DNA of 64,000 nucleotides from Bacillota bacterium (GCA_050951805.1 JBMNJT010000002.1:1492905-1556904); one strand, 5' to 3'. Positions 29,735 through 40,760 are shown, counted from the first letter of the stretch. The notes: a model not told the origin generated them from the letters alone. Numbers and translations are program-made.

Positions 29735-29892
29735 TCAAGCATCGGAAGCACAGGCCGCCAATTATTCTTCGTTTAATTTCGCATCATTTCACTACATGCT
29801 CCCATTCAAGGAGGGATAAAGCGCTTGCCAGGGGAGGAGCTATTTCAGAGCCGAGAAGCTGGCTTGTCCAGAGGAACGGGCCTAAAAAAGCG

Positions 29893-32658
29893 CTACTTCG
29901 CTTCCATCCACGATTTTCCCCAGGCGATGTCGACTTTGAGCGGAACTGAGAGCGCCATGGCGCCGCTCATCTCCTCATTTACAATTTCCACGACTTCCTC
30001 GAGTTCATCTTGAGGTGCTTCGAGAACGAGTTCGTCATGGACTTGAAGAAGCAGGTTCGCCGAGTAGCAGCCATCTCGCAGCCTCTTTTGCACCCCTACC
30101 ATTGCGCGCTTTATTATGTCGGCCGCAGAGCCTTGAATCGGCGTGTTCATGGCAACCCTCTCCGCGAACTTGCGAACCTGGAACGACGGACTCGACAGCT
30201 CAGGCAGATATCGTCTTCGATTCATGAGCGTTGTTACGTACCCGTCCATCTTGGCCTGGGCTACAATGGAGTCCATGTAGTTTCTCACTCCACTATATTT
30301 CTCAAAGTACTTGTTTATGAATTCCTTAGCTTCCCTTGGGCTGACTCCTATGTTCTTTGCAAGTCCGTAGTCGCTTATTCCATACACAATCCCAAAGTTC
30401 ACGGCCTTCGCACGGGAGCGCATCTCGGGCGTAACCTCGTCAAAATCCACGCCAAATACGGCCGCCGCAGTTCTACGATGGATATCTTCATCCGCGAGGA
30501 ATGACTCGACAAGCGCGGCATCCTGTGATATGTGGGCCAACACACGCAATTCGATCTGGGAGTAGTCCGCGCTGATTATGGACCAGTCCTCATAGCCAGG
30601 GATGAACACATCCCTTATTCTCCTTCCCTCTTCAGTCCTAATAGGTATGTTCTGCAGATTGGGATCAGCACTCGAAAGACGGCCCGTGGCTGTTACAGTC
30701 TGATTGAAGCTCGTATGTATCCTGCCTGTTTTTGAATTCACAAGCTCCGGGAGCGCGTCCACATATGTAGACTTGAGCTTAGAAATCTCCCTGTAATCTA
30801 CGACTTTCTGTATTATCGGATGACTGTTGGCGAGGCTTTCGAGGACTTCGGCATCTGTGGAATACCCGGTCTTGGTCTTCTTCTGCGGCGGCAAGCCGAG
30901 CCTGTCAAAGAGGACATGCCCCAATTGCTTCGTGGAATTCACATTGAACTCCTCGCCCGCTAAAGAATAGATATCGGCCACCAACTGGTCGAGCCTCCCA
31001 TCCATTTCCCTTGAAAGCTCACCAAGGCGCTTCGAGTCGACCTTGATTCCGGTCATCTCCATCTCCGCCAAAGTCGCGGCGAGAGGCATCTCTACATCGC
31101 GGTACAGCTTGTCCATACCACTGGAGGATATCGAAGCAAGCAGCGTAGCCTCGAGTTCGGGTAGCGTCCTCAGACACTCGCCGCACATTACTGCCATCTC
31201 CGAAACTTCAGGACAGTAACTCGCATTCCTCGCCTTCTTCGCCCCAGACTCGATGGCCTCCCTCACATCAGGAATCTCCACACCGAGCCATCTCTCTGCC
31301 ACATCGCACAATTGCGCATTGGGCGACCCTGGATCCACAAGATACGAGGCGATCATGCTGTCGAACGTGACTCCAGAAAGCTCACACCCGATCGACCTGA
31401 GAAGGATGGTCTTTTCTTTTGAGTCATGGCACAGCTTTTCAATATCCGTGTCGGCCAATACATCGCCGAAGATATCGGCTACCGCCTCGACGGAAAGCCT
31501 TCCTTCTCCATTTCCTACAGGAACGTATGCGCTGAGGCCCTCAGCCTGAAAGGCAATGCCCTCAACCCTTGCTGTCATCGCTCGTGGCCCTACCCCGATC
31601 ACATCAAGACCGAATCTGCCACAATTTTTCAGGCGATTCGCAAGCTCTCGCCCACTCTCCTCAGCACTGACGATCTCCGTCTTTGGGCCTTGCCCAATCC
31701 CGGCTTGTGAGCCGCTGTTAACATTTACAGCCGGGACCGCAAAAAGCCCGCCGGAGTTCTCTCCGGACGCGCCTGTCCCTGAAAGCCCCAACCTCTTAAT
31801 GAGTGCGCGGAAATCCTGTTTTTGCAAAAACCCCGCAAGCCTCTGCGGATCTTGCCTGAGCATGCAGCATTCCTCTATATCAATACCCACGGGAGCGTTG
31901 CAGTCGATGGTGGCAAGACGCTTGCTCTTCAAAGCAACATCGCCATATTCCAGCAAGTTGTTGCGCAGACGTTCGCCCTTTAAGGAATGGACATTCTCCA
32001 GCACATTCTCGACGGTTCCCAACTCAGATACGAGTCGCATAGCCGTCTTCTCGCCCACACCCGGCACGCCCGGCAGATTGTCGGACGGGTCCCCCATCAA
32101 CCCTTTGAAATCAGGAACAAACTCGGGGCCAAACCCGTACTTCTCCCTCACCTCATCGGGGCCATACTCCTCAAATTTGGATATTCCTTTGCGCGTAAGA
32201 ACTACCCTCACATTGTCAGACACCAGCTGAAGCGCGTCCTTGTCCCCTGTAACAATGACCGCCTCGTCCCCGGCCTCCTCTGCCATGCGGGCAATGGTTC
32301 CAATGACGTCATCCGCCTCCCAGCCATCCAGTTCAGCAAGGGTGAATCCAAACGCCTCCGCCGCTTCGCGGATTATGGGCATCTGCACCCTGAGCGAGTC
32401 GTCCATAGGTTTCCTGGTCGCCTTGTAATCCTCGAACTGCTCATGCCTGAAGGTAGGCGATGGCCTATCGAAAGCACATACTCCGCCATCGAAATCCCCC
32501 TCTTCAAGCATTTTTGCTACCATGTTGCAAAAACCAAGCACCGCATTGGTGGGCATTCCGTCTGCCCGCGTGAGCGTCGCCGGAAGAGCGTAGTAGGCCC
32601 TATGCGCCAAGCTGTGACCGTCTATTATCAGGATCTTACGTCCCTTGTGTTCTTCCAA
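29893..32658 (-). CDS. polA: DNA polymerase I
   Basis: IIDGHSLAHRAYYA 5'-3' exonuclease; ADYSQIELR, RAKAVNFGIVYG, QVHDE polymerase motifs. Confidence 0.98.
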   Translation of the reverse strand: MEEHKGRKILIIDGHSLAHRAYYALPATLTRADGMPTNAVLGFCNMVAKMLEEGDFDGGVCAFDRPSPTFRHEQFEDYKATRKPMDDSLRVQMPIIREAAEAFGFTLAELDGWEADDVIGTIARMAEEAGDEAVIVTGDKDALQLVSDNVRVVLTRKGISKFEEYGPDEVREKYGFGPEFVPDFKGLMGDPSDNLPGVPGVGEKTAMRLVSELGTVENVLENVHSLKGERLRNNLLEYGDVALKSKRLATIDCNAPVGIDIEECCMLRQDPQRLAGFLQKQDFRALIKRLGLSGTGASGENSGGLFAVPAVNVNSGSQAGIGQGPKTEIVSAEESGRELANRLKNCGRFGLDVIGVGPRAMTARVEGIAFQAEGLSAYVPVGNGEGRLSVEAVADIFGDVLADTDIEKLCHDSKEKTILLRSIGCELSGVTFDSMIASYLVDPGSPNAQLCDVAERWLGVEIPDVREAIESGAKKARNASYCPEVSEMAVMCGECLRTLPELEATLLASISSSGMDKLYRDVEMPLAATLAEMEMTGIKVDSKRLGELSREMDGRLDQLVADIYSLAGEEFNVNSTKQLGHVLFDRLGLPPQKKTKTGYSTDAEVLESLANSHPIIQKVVDYREISKLKSTYVDALPELVNSKTGRIHTSFNQTVTATGRLSSADPNLQNIPIRTEEGRRIRDVFIPGYEDWSIISADYSQIELRVLAHISQDAALVESFLADEDIHRRTAAAVFGVDFDEVTPEMRSRAKAVNFGIVYGISDYGLAKNIGVSPREAKEFINKYFEKYSGVRNYMDSIVAQAKMDGYVTTLMNRRRYLPELSSPSFQVRKFAERVAMNTPIQGSAADIIKRAMVGVQKRLRDGCYSANLLLQVHDELVLEAPQDELEEVVEIVNEEMSGAMALSVPLKVDIAWGKSWMEAK

Positions 32659-32818
32659 AACGATTATTCCTCCCCGCTAAATCTTCGGATATTCTTCCAC
32701 AGGTATGGCGCAAATACCTTCTGAGGCCTCATGTGCCTCAAACTGCTTGAAGGATATGGCAGTAGTATGGTGAACACAACCATACGGACCTTAATCCTCG
32801 ACGAAAGGAGCAGTGAAC

Positions 32819-34057
32819 ATGGCTTCGAAGAAGCTGATTATAGGGGCTGCGCTGGCATTCGCCATTATCCTGAGCGTGGCATCGATTCCAACTTCGGGCT
32901 TTGCGGCTGGAGCCGCGGCCCCAAAGGCACTCTCCGTCCCGAAAGCAGAGCTTTCCGACATAGACGGGCACTGGGCGGAGGGAGCCATAAACACCCTTGT
33001 AAAAATGGGAGTAATTGCCGGGTATCCTGACGGCACATTCAGGCCTGAGGAACCTGTGACAAGGGCCGAACTTTCGAAAATAGTGGCCCGGACGTTTGGA
33101 TACGCCCCCACTGTTGACACGAAGTTTTCGGACATGGAAGGTCACTGGGCAGAACCCTTTGTATCCGCCCTTGACACTGCGGAAGTCGTAACAGGTTACC
33201 CCGACGGGACGTTCAGGCCCGCTCAGAACGTTTCCAGGGCTGAGCTCGCGGCCATTCTAGCGCGCGTGGCCCAACTCGGAAAAGTGGGAGTTGCAGACGC
33301 CTCCTCCTGGACACCTACGTACAGGGACGTCGACTCGACACACTGGGCCTTCAGACACGTTGAGGTAGCCAGAAGGCTGGACATTATTCCAATCCACTTT
33401 GGTTTAGTATTCGAGCCCGACCGGCCCGCGACCCGTGCAGAAACCGCGCACATGGTCAAGTCTTTGGCAGAGTCCGAGTTTGCAAGGGGCACCGTCGCCC
33501 AGGTAAACAAGAGCGCTGAAACACTCAGCCTTAGAAATGCGGCCGGCAACACGCAGACGATTCAAATTGACCCCGAGACAATCGTCTATAGGAATGGAGT
33601 CGCGTCAGACCTGGAGTCTATCCGCGAAAACGACTCCGTATACGCCGTTGGGACGGGCTACGGTGCAACCAGATTCGTCATGGCAGAAGGTGCAGTCACA
33701 CGCGAGGACATCACGCGAAAAGTGAGCGCCCTCACTGACGGCATCATCACGCCAGAACAGGTGGATGCCATATCCCGTGGGAAATGGGATGAGGCCCGGA
33801 ACGGAATGAGCCCAGCACTGGCCCAGAGGCTCGTAGAAATGGGCTTGACCGAAGAGGAAGCCCAGGCTCTCCTCGCCGAAGAGTGGGACGCCCTGCCTGA
33901 ACTGGCTCAGAGACGTCTGGCAATGGCTCTGTCCGAAGAGATTGGAGTATCACCTGAGCTCATAGAGTCCATCATGAATCGAGATTGGAAATCCGCGCGC
34001 AGCTATGCTGAGCTCGAGGTAGCAGAGCTTCTGCTCTCAAGATTCTTGAACATGTAA
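32819..34057 (+). CDS. S-layer homology (SLH) domain protein, three SLH repeats
   Basis: Signal peptide; DIDGHWA...GYPDGTFRP...TRAE repeats; SigH-type promoter AGGA-17-GAAC at 32751-32775. Confidence 0.9.
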   Translation: MASKKLIIGAALAFAIILSVASIPTSGFAAGAAAPKALSVPKAELSDIDGHWAEGAINTLVKMGVIAGYPDGTFRPEEPVTRAELSKIVARTFGYAPTVDTKFSDMEGHWAEPFVSALDTAEVVTGYPDGTFRPAQNVSRAELAAILARVAQLGKVGVADASSWTPTYRDVDSTHWAFRHVEVARRLDIIPIHFGLVFEPDRPATRAETAHMVKSLAESEFARGTVAQVNKSAETLSLRNAAGNTQTIQIDPETIVYRNGVASDLESIRENDSVYAVGTGYGATRFVMAEGAVTREDITRKVSALTDGIITPEQVDAISRGKWDEARNGMSPALAQRLVEMGLTEEEAQALLAEEWDALPELAQRRLAMALSEEIGVSPELIESIMNRDWKSARSYAELEVAELLLSRFLNM

Positions 34058-34300
34058 AGGTGCGCCACCCGAACCTGGCTGCCAACAGACTTGTTCTCGT
34101 CGCTAGGCAGCAGGCAACATGTTTCGCCGCCGCGTTGGAACAAACAGCGCGGCGGCGGCGTCTCTTCAGAGTGAAAGCAGGTTGTGTATGAATACGCTGG
34201 TTTCAGGATATGGCCTTCTCATCTTGAAGGAATCAAAAGTAAGAGACAAGAAGATTGACATCCGAAACTGAGGCAATAACTAGTATTGGAGGGTGCTGTA

Positions 34301-35734
34301 ATGCTTCGCCTACGACACAACGTCATCTGGATACTGGCATCGGCAGTCCTGTTAATCGGAATTGCGTCGACTTTTCTACGGCCCACGGCGATTGGCGCTC
34401 AGAAGGGAGCCGATAACTCCATGGAACTAACCATATACAATTCAGACCTCGCGCTCGTAAAAGAGACGAGGTGCCTCGAGATCCCAGAGGGCCTTTCCAC
34501 GGTGTTGTTTCCTAATATATCGGCCCGGATAAACCCGGCCACTGTAAGTTTCGTCTCTCTCACATCTCCAGAGGAAGTCAGAGTGCGCGAGCAGAACTAC
34601 GAATATGATCTTGTTGAAGACACAAAACTCATGCAGAGATTCGTCGGTGAGAAGATTCAAGTTACCACGAAAGGCGGGCGCGCCTACACAGGATATTTGC
34701 TGAGCGGGGCAAAAGGATCCGCCCCTTCCAACATCATCATGTCGGAAGGTCCAAACGGCACAGGCCAAGTCTACACCGTGCAACTAAGCGATGTTCAGTC
34801 AGTAGAGTATCCCAGCCTTCCGGAAGGCCTGATTACTCGTCCCACCCTGGCGTGGCTGGTGTCTAACAACTCCATAACCCGAAACCATGACTGCTTGGTA
34901 ACGTACCTCACTGGTGGACTTTCTTGGGCAGCAGACTACGTGGCTATCATCGGACCAAACGACGATAATCTGGACCTTCGCGGTTGGGTCACTGTGACTA
35001 ACGAATCCGGAGCCACATTTAAGGATGCAAAGCTCAAACTCGTGGCCGGAGACGTGCACCAGGTGCAAGAGGAGATGTACGACGTAGTAAGGGCAACAGC
35101 AAAAGTCCTTGACGCTGGAACGGGGCCTACATTTGAGGAGAAGCCGTTCTTCGAGTATCACCTTTACACTCTTCAGTTTCCAACAACACTAAAGGAAAAC
35201 CAGATCAAACAGATAGAGCTTCTGGCAGCAAGCTCGATTCCGGCTAGAAAATTGCTGGTATACGACGGTGCAAGGCAAGGAACAAAGGTCACCACGATGC
35301 TGGAATTTTGGAACAAAACAGAAAACAACCTCGGGATGCCCCTTCCAAAGGGCGTGATAAGGGTCAGCAAGATGGATACCGACGGTAGCCTGGAATTCAT
35401 CGGCGAAGACAGGATCGACCACACTCCAAAGGACGAGAAAGTCAGAATCGAACTGGGATCAGCCTTCGACGTCGTGGGAGAGCGCTCTGTAATGGGCACA
35501 AAGAGGCTTTCTGACAGAGTCAACGAGCAGACATTCAAAATCGAAGTGCGCAACCACAAGGAGGAGCCAGTGGAAGTCACTGTTCTCGAACACATGATGG
35601 GCTGGGCCCAGTGGGAGATTGTCAGCTCCAGCACCAAGTGGAACAAAGTAGACGCCAACACGATCGAGTTCCCCACAAAGGCGCCGGCTGGCGGATCAAC
35701 CACGATAACATACACGGTAAGGTATACCTACTAG
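34301..35734 (+). CDS. DUF4139-family secreted protein
   Basis: LTIYNSDLALVKE, EQNYEYDL, YLTGGLSWAADY, FEYHLY, GMPLPKG, GEDRIDHTPKDE. Confidence 0.85.
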   Translation: MLRLRHNVIWILASAVLLIGIASTFLRPTAIGAQKGADNSMELTIYNSDLALVKETRCLEIPEGLSTVLFPNISARINPATVSFVSLTSPEEVRVREQNYEYDLVEDTKLMQRFVGEKIQVTTKGGRAYTGYLLSGAKGSAPSNIIMSEGPNGTGQVYTVQLSDVQSVEYPSLPEGLITRPTLAWLVSNNSITRNHDCLVTYLTGGLSWAADYVAIIGPNDDNLDLRGWVTVTNESGATFKDAKLKLVAGDVHQVQEEMYDVVRATAKVLDAGTGPTFEEKPFFEYHLYTLQFPTTLKENQIKQIELLAASSIPARKLLVYDGARQGTKVTTMLEFWNKTENNLGMPLPKGVIRVSKMDTDGSLEFIGEDRIDHTPKDEKVRIELGSAFDVVGERSVMGTKRLSDRVNEQTFKIEVRNHKEEPVEVTVLEHMMGWAQWEIVSSSTKWNKVDANTIEFPTKAPAGGSTTITYTVRYTY

Positions 35735-35766
35735 TCCAGGATCAGACCGGTTCGTAAGCTGAATTC

Positions 35767-35798
35767 GAGGGTCGCTTTCGGGCGATCCTCCTTGTTTT
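35767..35798 (+). terminator. Rho-independent terminator
   Basis: GAGGGTCGC-TTTCGG-GCGATCCTC then cttgtttt. Confidence 0.65.
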
Positions 35799-36106
35799 CT
35801 CTGTCGAAGCCGGCGAAAGCGAAAATCCAGTCAACTTCAATCCGCTTCCTTTGTTCACTCTCTTTTTTCTTGTGTCCTTGGCACACTTTACGTTCGCTTT
35901 ATGGGTTATCATATTGATGCATGCTGATGACTCTACTGGCTAACACACCCCGATTCTTCCATATCCCGGAGAGCTGGGGCATGGAAATTTCGATATTCTA
36001 TATCACATTTCGCATGCAGGAATCAGGTTGGCGGTGTTGAAAACTGAGTCAATCCTAGAGAGGAGTTCTAGGATCGTAAAGACCCTCTCGAACAGGAGGA
36101 AGATAG

Positions 36107-38866
36107 ATGAGGCCCATCCCGGACTCTGTCCTTGAATGCAAAATGTCTCTTACCCCCGAAGCGCTGACCATCATGGAAAGCCGATATCTGTTAAGAGACA
36201 AGGAAGGGAACATAATCGAAACCCCTGAGGAAATGTGCCTCAGAGTAGCAAGAGAAGCGGCAAGGGCTGGTGCTCAATATGAGGGCACGCGTGAATCTGA
36301 ACCAGAACGAGTGAAGCTCTTTTACTGGCTTCTGGTCAATCATTTGTTTTCGCCAAATTCTCCTACCTGGATGAATGCCGGCACTGAAAGCTCGCAAAAT
36401 GCCGCATGCTTCGTCCTACCCGTAGAAGATTCTCTGCCCCAGATATTTGATGCAGTCCGCGGTGCCGCGCTGATACATCAATCCGGAGGCGGAACAGGAT
36501 TTGACTTTTCTAATTTACGCCCTCATGGCGATGTCGTAAGATCGACCGGAGGAGTTGCCTCAGGTCCGGTCTCTTTCATGGCTGTGTTCAATGCCGCCAC
36601 TGAAACCATCAAGCAAGGCGGAAAACGCCGAGGCGCAAACATAGGGATACTCCGAGTGGATCATCCCGATATCGAATCCTTCATAACGTGCAAAGTGGAG
36701 AATACCGCTCTCTCCAATTTCAATATTTCTGTAGGGATCACAGACGCCTTCATGGCCGCCGTGGAAGCCGACACCGATTACGAACTCATCAATCCCAGGA
36801 CGAAGTCGGCAGTGGGAACGAAGAGGGCTCGCGACGTCCTCAACTTAATTGTGGACCACGCATGGAAGAATGGAGAGCCAGGCGTGATATTCCTAGATCG
36901 AATTGAAGAAGGCAACCCCACCCCTTCGCTAGGCCGCATCACCGCCACGAATCCCTGTGGGGAACAGCCTTTGCTGCCTTACGAGGCATGCAACCTTGGC
37001 AGCGTGAACTTGCAGAAAATGTACCGCGAGGCGCCACTGACCGATGAGGAGCTTGCTGCTGCCCTTGGCACAGGAATTCATCAACCATTGCTCACAGGCG
37101 AGTTCGGAGAGGGCTGCCGCGAGTTAATCACAGATGAGATGCGCCATGTTGACTGGAGTCTCCTTGGCACTGTGGTTCGCGCTTCAGCGGATTTTCTGGA
37201 TTCTATAATAGACGTAAGCGAGTATCCCCTCCCAGAGATCGACAAGATGGTAAGGACAACCAGAAAAATCGGTCTTGGTTTCATGGGCCTCGCAGATCTT
37301 ATGATCATGCTCAAAGTACCGTATGCATCGGAAAAAGCAGAACTTCTTGCCGAGCTCATTGCCAAGTTCATCACGGGTGAAGCACGGGCGATGTCGAGGC
37401 GGATGGCTGCAGAACGAGGGCCATTCCCAGCGTTTGCCGAAAGCGTATTCGCCGAAACCGGAGAGCCCCCGCTTCGTAATGCCACTGTCACTACGATTGC
37501 GCCAACGGGCACCATAAGCATGGTAGCAAACGCTTCTTCAGGGTGCGAGCCCTTGTTCGGCGTGGCATTCACCAAGAGAAACATACTAGGCGGCAAGTCT
37601 CTCACTCAAGTCAACTCGCTGTTTCTTGCCGACGCCAAACAGCGCGGCATATACTCGGACGAGCTGATGGAACGCATTGCTAACAACGGCGGTTCGCTGG
37701 CAGGGATCGATGGCATCCCCTCCGATATGGCAAAGCTATACCAAACAGCATTGGAGATCCCATGGGAGTGGCATGTGCGAATTCAGGCTGCAACACAACG
37801 AGGCATAGACAATGCGGTATCGAAGACTATTAACTTGCCCAACAACGCCACCCGCGAGGATGTTGGCGCAGCTTACCGGCTCGCCTACTCCCTCGGCTGC
37901 AAAGGCATAACAGTATATCGGACCGGGAGTCGCGAGGTAGAGGTAATCTCGTCCAAAAAGGCTGCAGTTGCTTCGAACGCTCAGCCGGAGCCCTTGACGC
38001 CTAGAGGACGCAAGCCTTTCACTGTCGATTCCACCCTCTGGGGGAAGCTTCAACCCATCGACAGGCCCGAAACACTGTGCGGCATAACGAAGAGAATCGC
38101 TACACCATCCGGAACACTCTGGGCCACGCTAAACATGTACGACGGCAAGCCATTTGAGATATTCTGCCAGATAGGCAGGGCCGGCACCGACATATATGCG
38201 TTCACTGAGAGTATCGCCAGGCTAATCTCGTTAGCTCTCCGTGCAGGGATAGACCCATCTGAAATAGTGCGCCAGCTCAGAGGCATAGGCGGTTCAGGTC
38301 AGGTGGGATTCGGTCCCAACAAAGTGCTCTCGGTACCGGACGCCATAGGTCGAATGTTGGAGCAGTGCATTCAGTCGCGGTACGCCGGCATTGAATGGGC
38401 CACGCCCCCAAGCCGCGGCGTTGCAGGGCAAACAGCTCCCGAAGACAGTTGGGAAGCAGCGGGAATCGATATCTCGCCCGATGAAGCCACGGTCCAAGGG
38501 CGGCTCCTCTTCATAGACGAGGAAGAGGATACCGCAGTTGACCATGGGGATGCTGCGGAAGACGGAGCAGCCATGGATTTTGAAATCGGAGACCTCTCTC
38601 CAAAACCAGCGCGGCAAGCGGATAACTTTGAAGAAGAGGATCCCTCAGCCGGCAACAATGGTGTAGAATCATCCGAGACCAACAGCCATGCAGATGGAAT
38701 GCTTGCCATGTCTGACGATTTCGGAGGACACATGGGCGACCCAGACTACACTTCATCCGGGCATCGCGTGACAAGGCATGATCTATGTCCCCAATGTGGA
38801 AACTACTCGCTGGTATATGCGTCCGGCTGCTCGGAATGTAGGCTGTGCGGATATAGTGCCTGTTAA
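36107..38866 (+). CDS. nrdJ: Class II (adenosylcobalamin-dependent) ribonucleotide reductase with TSCPD-like and Zn-ribbon C-terminus
   Basis: PNSPT, AACFV, GGGTG, RRGAN, TNPCGEQ, CNLGS, TIAPTGTIS, SKTIN, C-terminal CPQC...CRLCGYSAC. Confidence 0.95.
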   Translation: MRPIPDSVLECKMSLTPEALTIMESRYLLRDKEGNIIETPEEMCLRVAREAARAGAQYEGTRESEPERVKLFYWLLVNHLFSPNSPTWMNAGTESSQNAACFVLPVEDSLPQIFDAVRGAALIHQSGGGTGFDFSNLRPHGDVVRSTGGVASGPVSFMAVFNAATETIKQGGKRRGANIGILRVDHPDIESFITCKVENTALSNFNISVGITDAFMAAVEADTDYELINPRTKSAVGTKRARDVLNLIVDHAWKNGEPGVIFLDRIEEGNPTPSLGRITATNPCGEQPLLPYEACNLGSVNLQKMYREAPLTDEELAAALGTGIHQPLLTGEFGEGCRELITDEMRHVDWSLLGTVVRASADFLDSIIDVSEYPLPEIDKMVRTTRKIGLGFMGLADLMIMLKVPYASEKAELLAELIAKFITGEARAMSRRMAAERGPFPAFAESVFAETGEPPLRNATVTTIAPTGTISMVANASSGCEPLFGVAFTKRNILGGKSLTQVNSLFLADAKQRGIYSDELMERIANNGGSLAGIDGIPSDMAKLYQTALEIPWEWHVRIQAATQRGIDNAVSKTINLPNNATREDVGAAYRLAYSLGCKGITVYRTGSREVEVISSKKAAVASNAQPEPLTPRGRKPFTVDSTLWGKLQPIDRPETLCGITKRIATPSGTLWATLNMYDGKPFEIFCQIGRAGTDIYAFTESIARLISLALRAGIDPSEIVRQLRGIGGSGQVGFGPNKVLSVPDAIGRMLEQCIQSRYAGIEWATPPSRGVAGQTAPEDSWEAAGIDISPDEATVQGRLLFIDEEEDTAVDHGDAAEDGAAMDFEIGDLSPKPARQADNFEEEDPSAGNNGVESSETNSHADGMLAMSDDFGGHMGDPDYTSSGHRVTRHDLCPQCGNYSLVYASGCSECRLCGYSAC

Positions 38867-39077
38867 CAGATGTAGGGCTCTTCATTCTATATTAGATCCT
38901 ACTAGCTGACATGGATGTCCACGAGCGGGCGGTGGCTGCCTCGGAGACCGGATCTCCTTTGCGCAGCGTCGTCCGCTTGCCAAACCTGTCTGGCCCTTCC
39001 CATAAACCCGTTTTCGTTCCACAAAGCTTAGCGATCCAGGCTGCCGCGGACTTTACTGATCATGCCAGGCTAAAGCT

Positions 39078-39114
39078 CGATTTCCTTGGCGACTTGCTTG
39101 CGCCAAGGAAATCG
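39078..39114. repeat. Perfect 14-bp inverted repeat
   Basis: CGATTTCCTTGGCG-9 nt-CGCCAAGGAAATCG. Confidence 0.7.
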
Positions 39115-39303
39115 TGTTGGCTCGGTCACCCGGCCACGCCCTGAGCAGACCTTGCATCCATCCACGCCCGCAATATTTCTAGACAAAAAACCAACTGAAA
39201 GAGCCTTCCCGACCATGCCTTTGGTCCATCATTGCCTGAAGCACAATGCCGAACTTGGCCCTTCTGCATACTTTGTAGCAGACCAACACGGGAGTGATGG
39301 CAT

Positions 39304-40032
39304 ATGTCAATGTTCTATGACGAACTCTACGCCATGCAGTATCCTCCATGCCCTGGCGGAACCATTTACATTATCAGAGCAGGCGATACTCTATACGCAA
39401 TCGCACAACGCTTCGGAACCACCGTGAACGCGCTGATTGCCGCGAACCCGGGAATAAACCCCTTGAACCTCATCATTGGCCAACCAATATGCATACCGGT
39501 CCCGGGTCCAACGCCTGTACCATGTCCAGGGTTTTACTACACAATCCAGCCCGGAGACACCTACTACTTGATCGCACTAAGATACGGCACTACTGTTGAC
39601 GCCCTCATTAGAGCTAACCCCGGCGTCGATCCTAACAGGCTTGTGATAGGGCAGAGGATATGCGTGCCTGTTGCAGCGCCTCCGCCAGTGGCGCCCCGCA
39701 CCTGCACGGTGGCACTCTCCCCTCGCAGCGGACTAGCGCCGAACGCCGGAGGAGTGCTATGGCTCAGGACGGACCAATTCGGGACGGCACAAGTCCTTGT
39801 CGCAGGAACAAATCTGCCGAATCCGTCGACGATAGGCGCCGAAACTACCTATCGCGCCGTATTCAGCTGGCCAGGCGGCACTGTAAGCGTCCCGCTCACC
39901 CCAGCAACAGGTCAGCTCGGCGTGTGGGTAGGAACTGCCGTACAGAGCTTGCCCTCGGTGGCGTTCACAAGCGGAGCTGTAGATGTCTTCCCTGGTCCAG
40001 TTCTCGGGGCATTCTTGAGGGACTGCAAGTAA
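39304..40032 (+). CDS. Double-LysM domain protein (SafA/ExsA-like spore coat type)
   Basis: YIIRAGDTLYAIAQRFGTT...ANPGINP and YTIQPGDTYYLIALRYGTT repeats with Cys/Pro linkers; no signal peptide. Confidence 0.88.
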   Translation: MSMFYDELYAMQYPPCPGGTIYIIRAGDTLYAIAQRFGTTVNALIAANPGINPLNLIIGQPICIPVPGPTPVPCPGFYYTIQPGDTYYLIALRYGTTVDALIRANPGVDPNRLVIGQRICVPVAAPPPVAPRTCTVALSPRSGLAPNAGGVLWLRTDQFGTAQVLVAGTNLPNPSTIGAETTYRAVFSWPGGTVSVPLTPATGQLGVWVGTAVQSLPSVAFTSGAVDVFPGPVLGAFLRDCK

Positions 40033-40060
40033 GGAAGAAACACGAAATCGTATGGCATGT

Positions 40061-40092
40061 GGCAATGGGGGCCGGCAACCGACCCCCTTGCC
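40061..40092 (+). terminator. Stem-loop after LysM gene
   Basis: GGCAAtGGGGG...CCCCCTTGCC. Confidence 0.5.
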
Positions 40093-40099
40093 GCACGCC

Positions 40100-40330
40100 A
40101 TTTCGCAGCTCAAAAGATTCGGATAGGTCGACAGGGGAACGAAGACGCGTCGAAAGCCTGGAATCGTTCAAGTTGAACTTGAAGAACAACCTCTACAATG
40201 TCTGGAACAGAATGTCGTTTGCCAGAACTATCTCCATCGCCCGTGAAGACAGCAAAGATACCCATGAAAACCGGCCGGGGAAATTGGCCGACGACAACAC
40301 CCATCCTCTCCTGCGAAGAAAGCGATCCGG
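40100..40330 (+). pseudogene. Group II intron reverse transcriptase remnant (RT0-RT1 region)
   Basis: SLESFKLNLKNNLYNVWNRMS then, after a frameshift, PVKTAKIPMKTG, matching the LKNNLYKIWNRMSSGSYFPPPVxxVxIPK pattern of intron RTs. Confidence 0.75.
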
Positions 40331-40760
40331 TAGACCATTCACGACTAAATAACTCCCCATAAGCTTTTGCGCTATCGGTTAGCCTGTCTATGCATTCAAA
40401 GGAATATGTCTATTATTTAGTCGCTTTTCGGGCGCGGGTGTCTAGGTTTTAGACTGGTCTGCAAAACCTGCTCGCCCCCGCGGCAAACCTTGGCCGGCTC
40501 CACGCCGCACGGCGCTTCCCTAGGCTTCTACCGAAGGCTAAATTTACAAGCAAAAGACCTTAGCAGTTCCCCGGCTAGGTCCCAGACAGCGGCAGTACAA
40601 CTCGAGGATCGCGAAGAGATTTGTTGCGGTCTACTTAGCTCTGGCAGCTAGGGATTTTGCCATGGGCTGGCGGAGAAAAATCAGGGTCTGCAACTGGCTG
40701 AGGATAACAAGCATCTGGGAACTCCCCCTGCAGCAGCAAACCACATGCTCCCGGCGCACC

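Noticed and set aside
35800-36106. Cobalamin riboswitch or NrdR boxes upstream of nrdJ
   Set aside because: No B12-box elements or clear NrdR palindromes visible
36940-37010. Intein at the RNR catalytic NPCGEQ site
   Set aside because: Sequence is continuous through PCGEQPL and CNLGS
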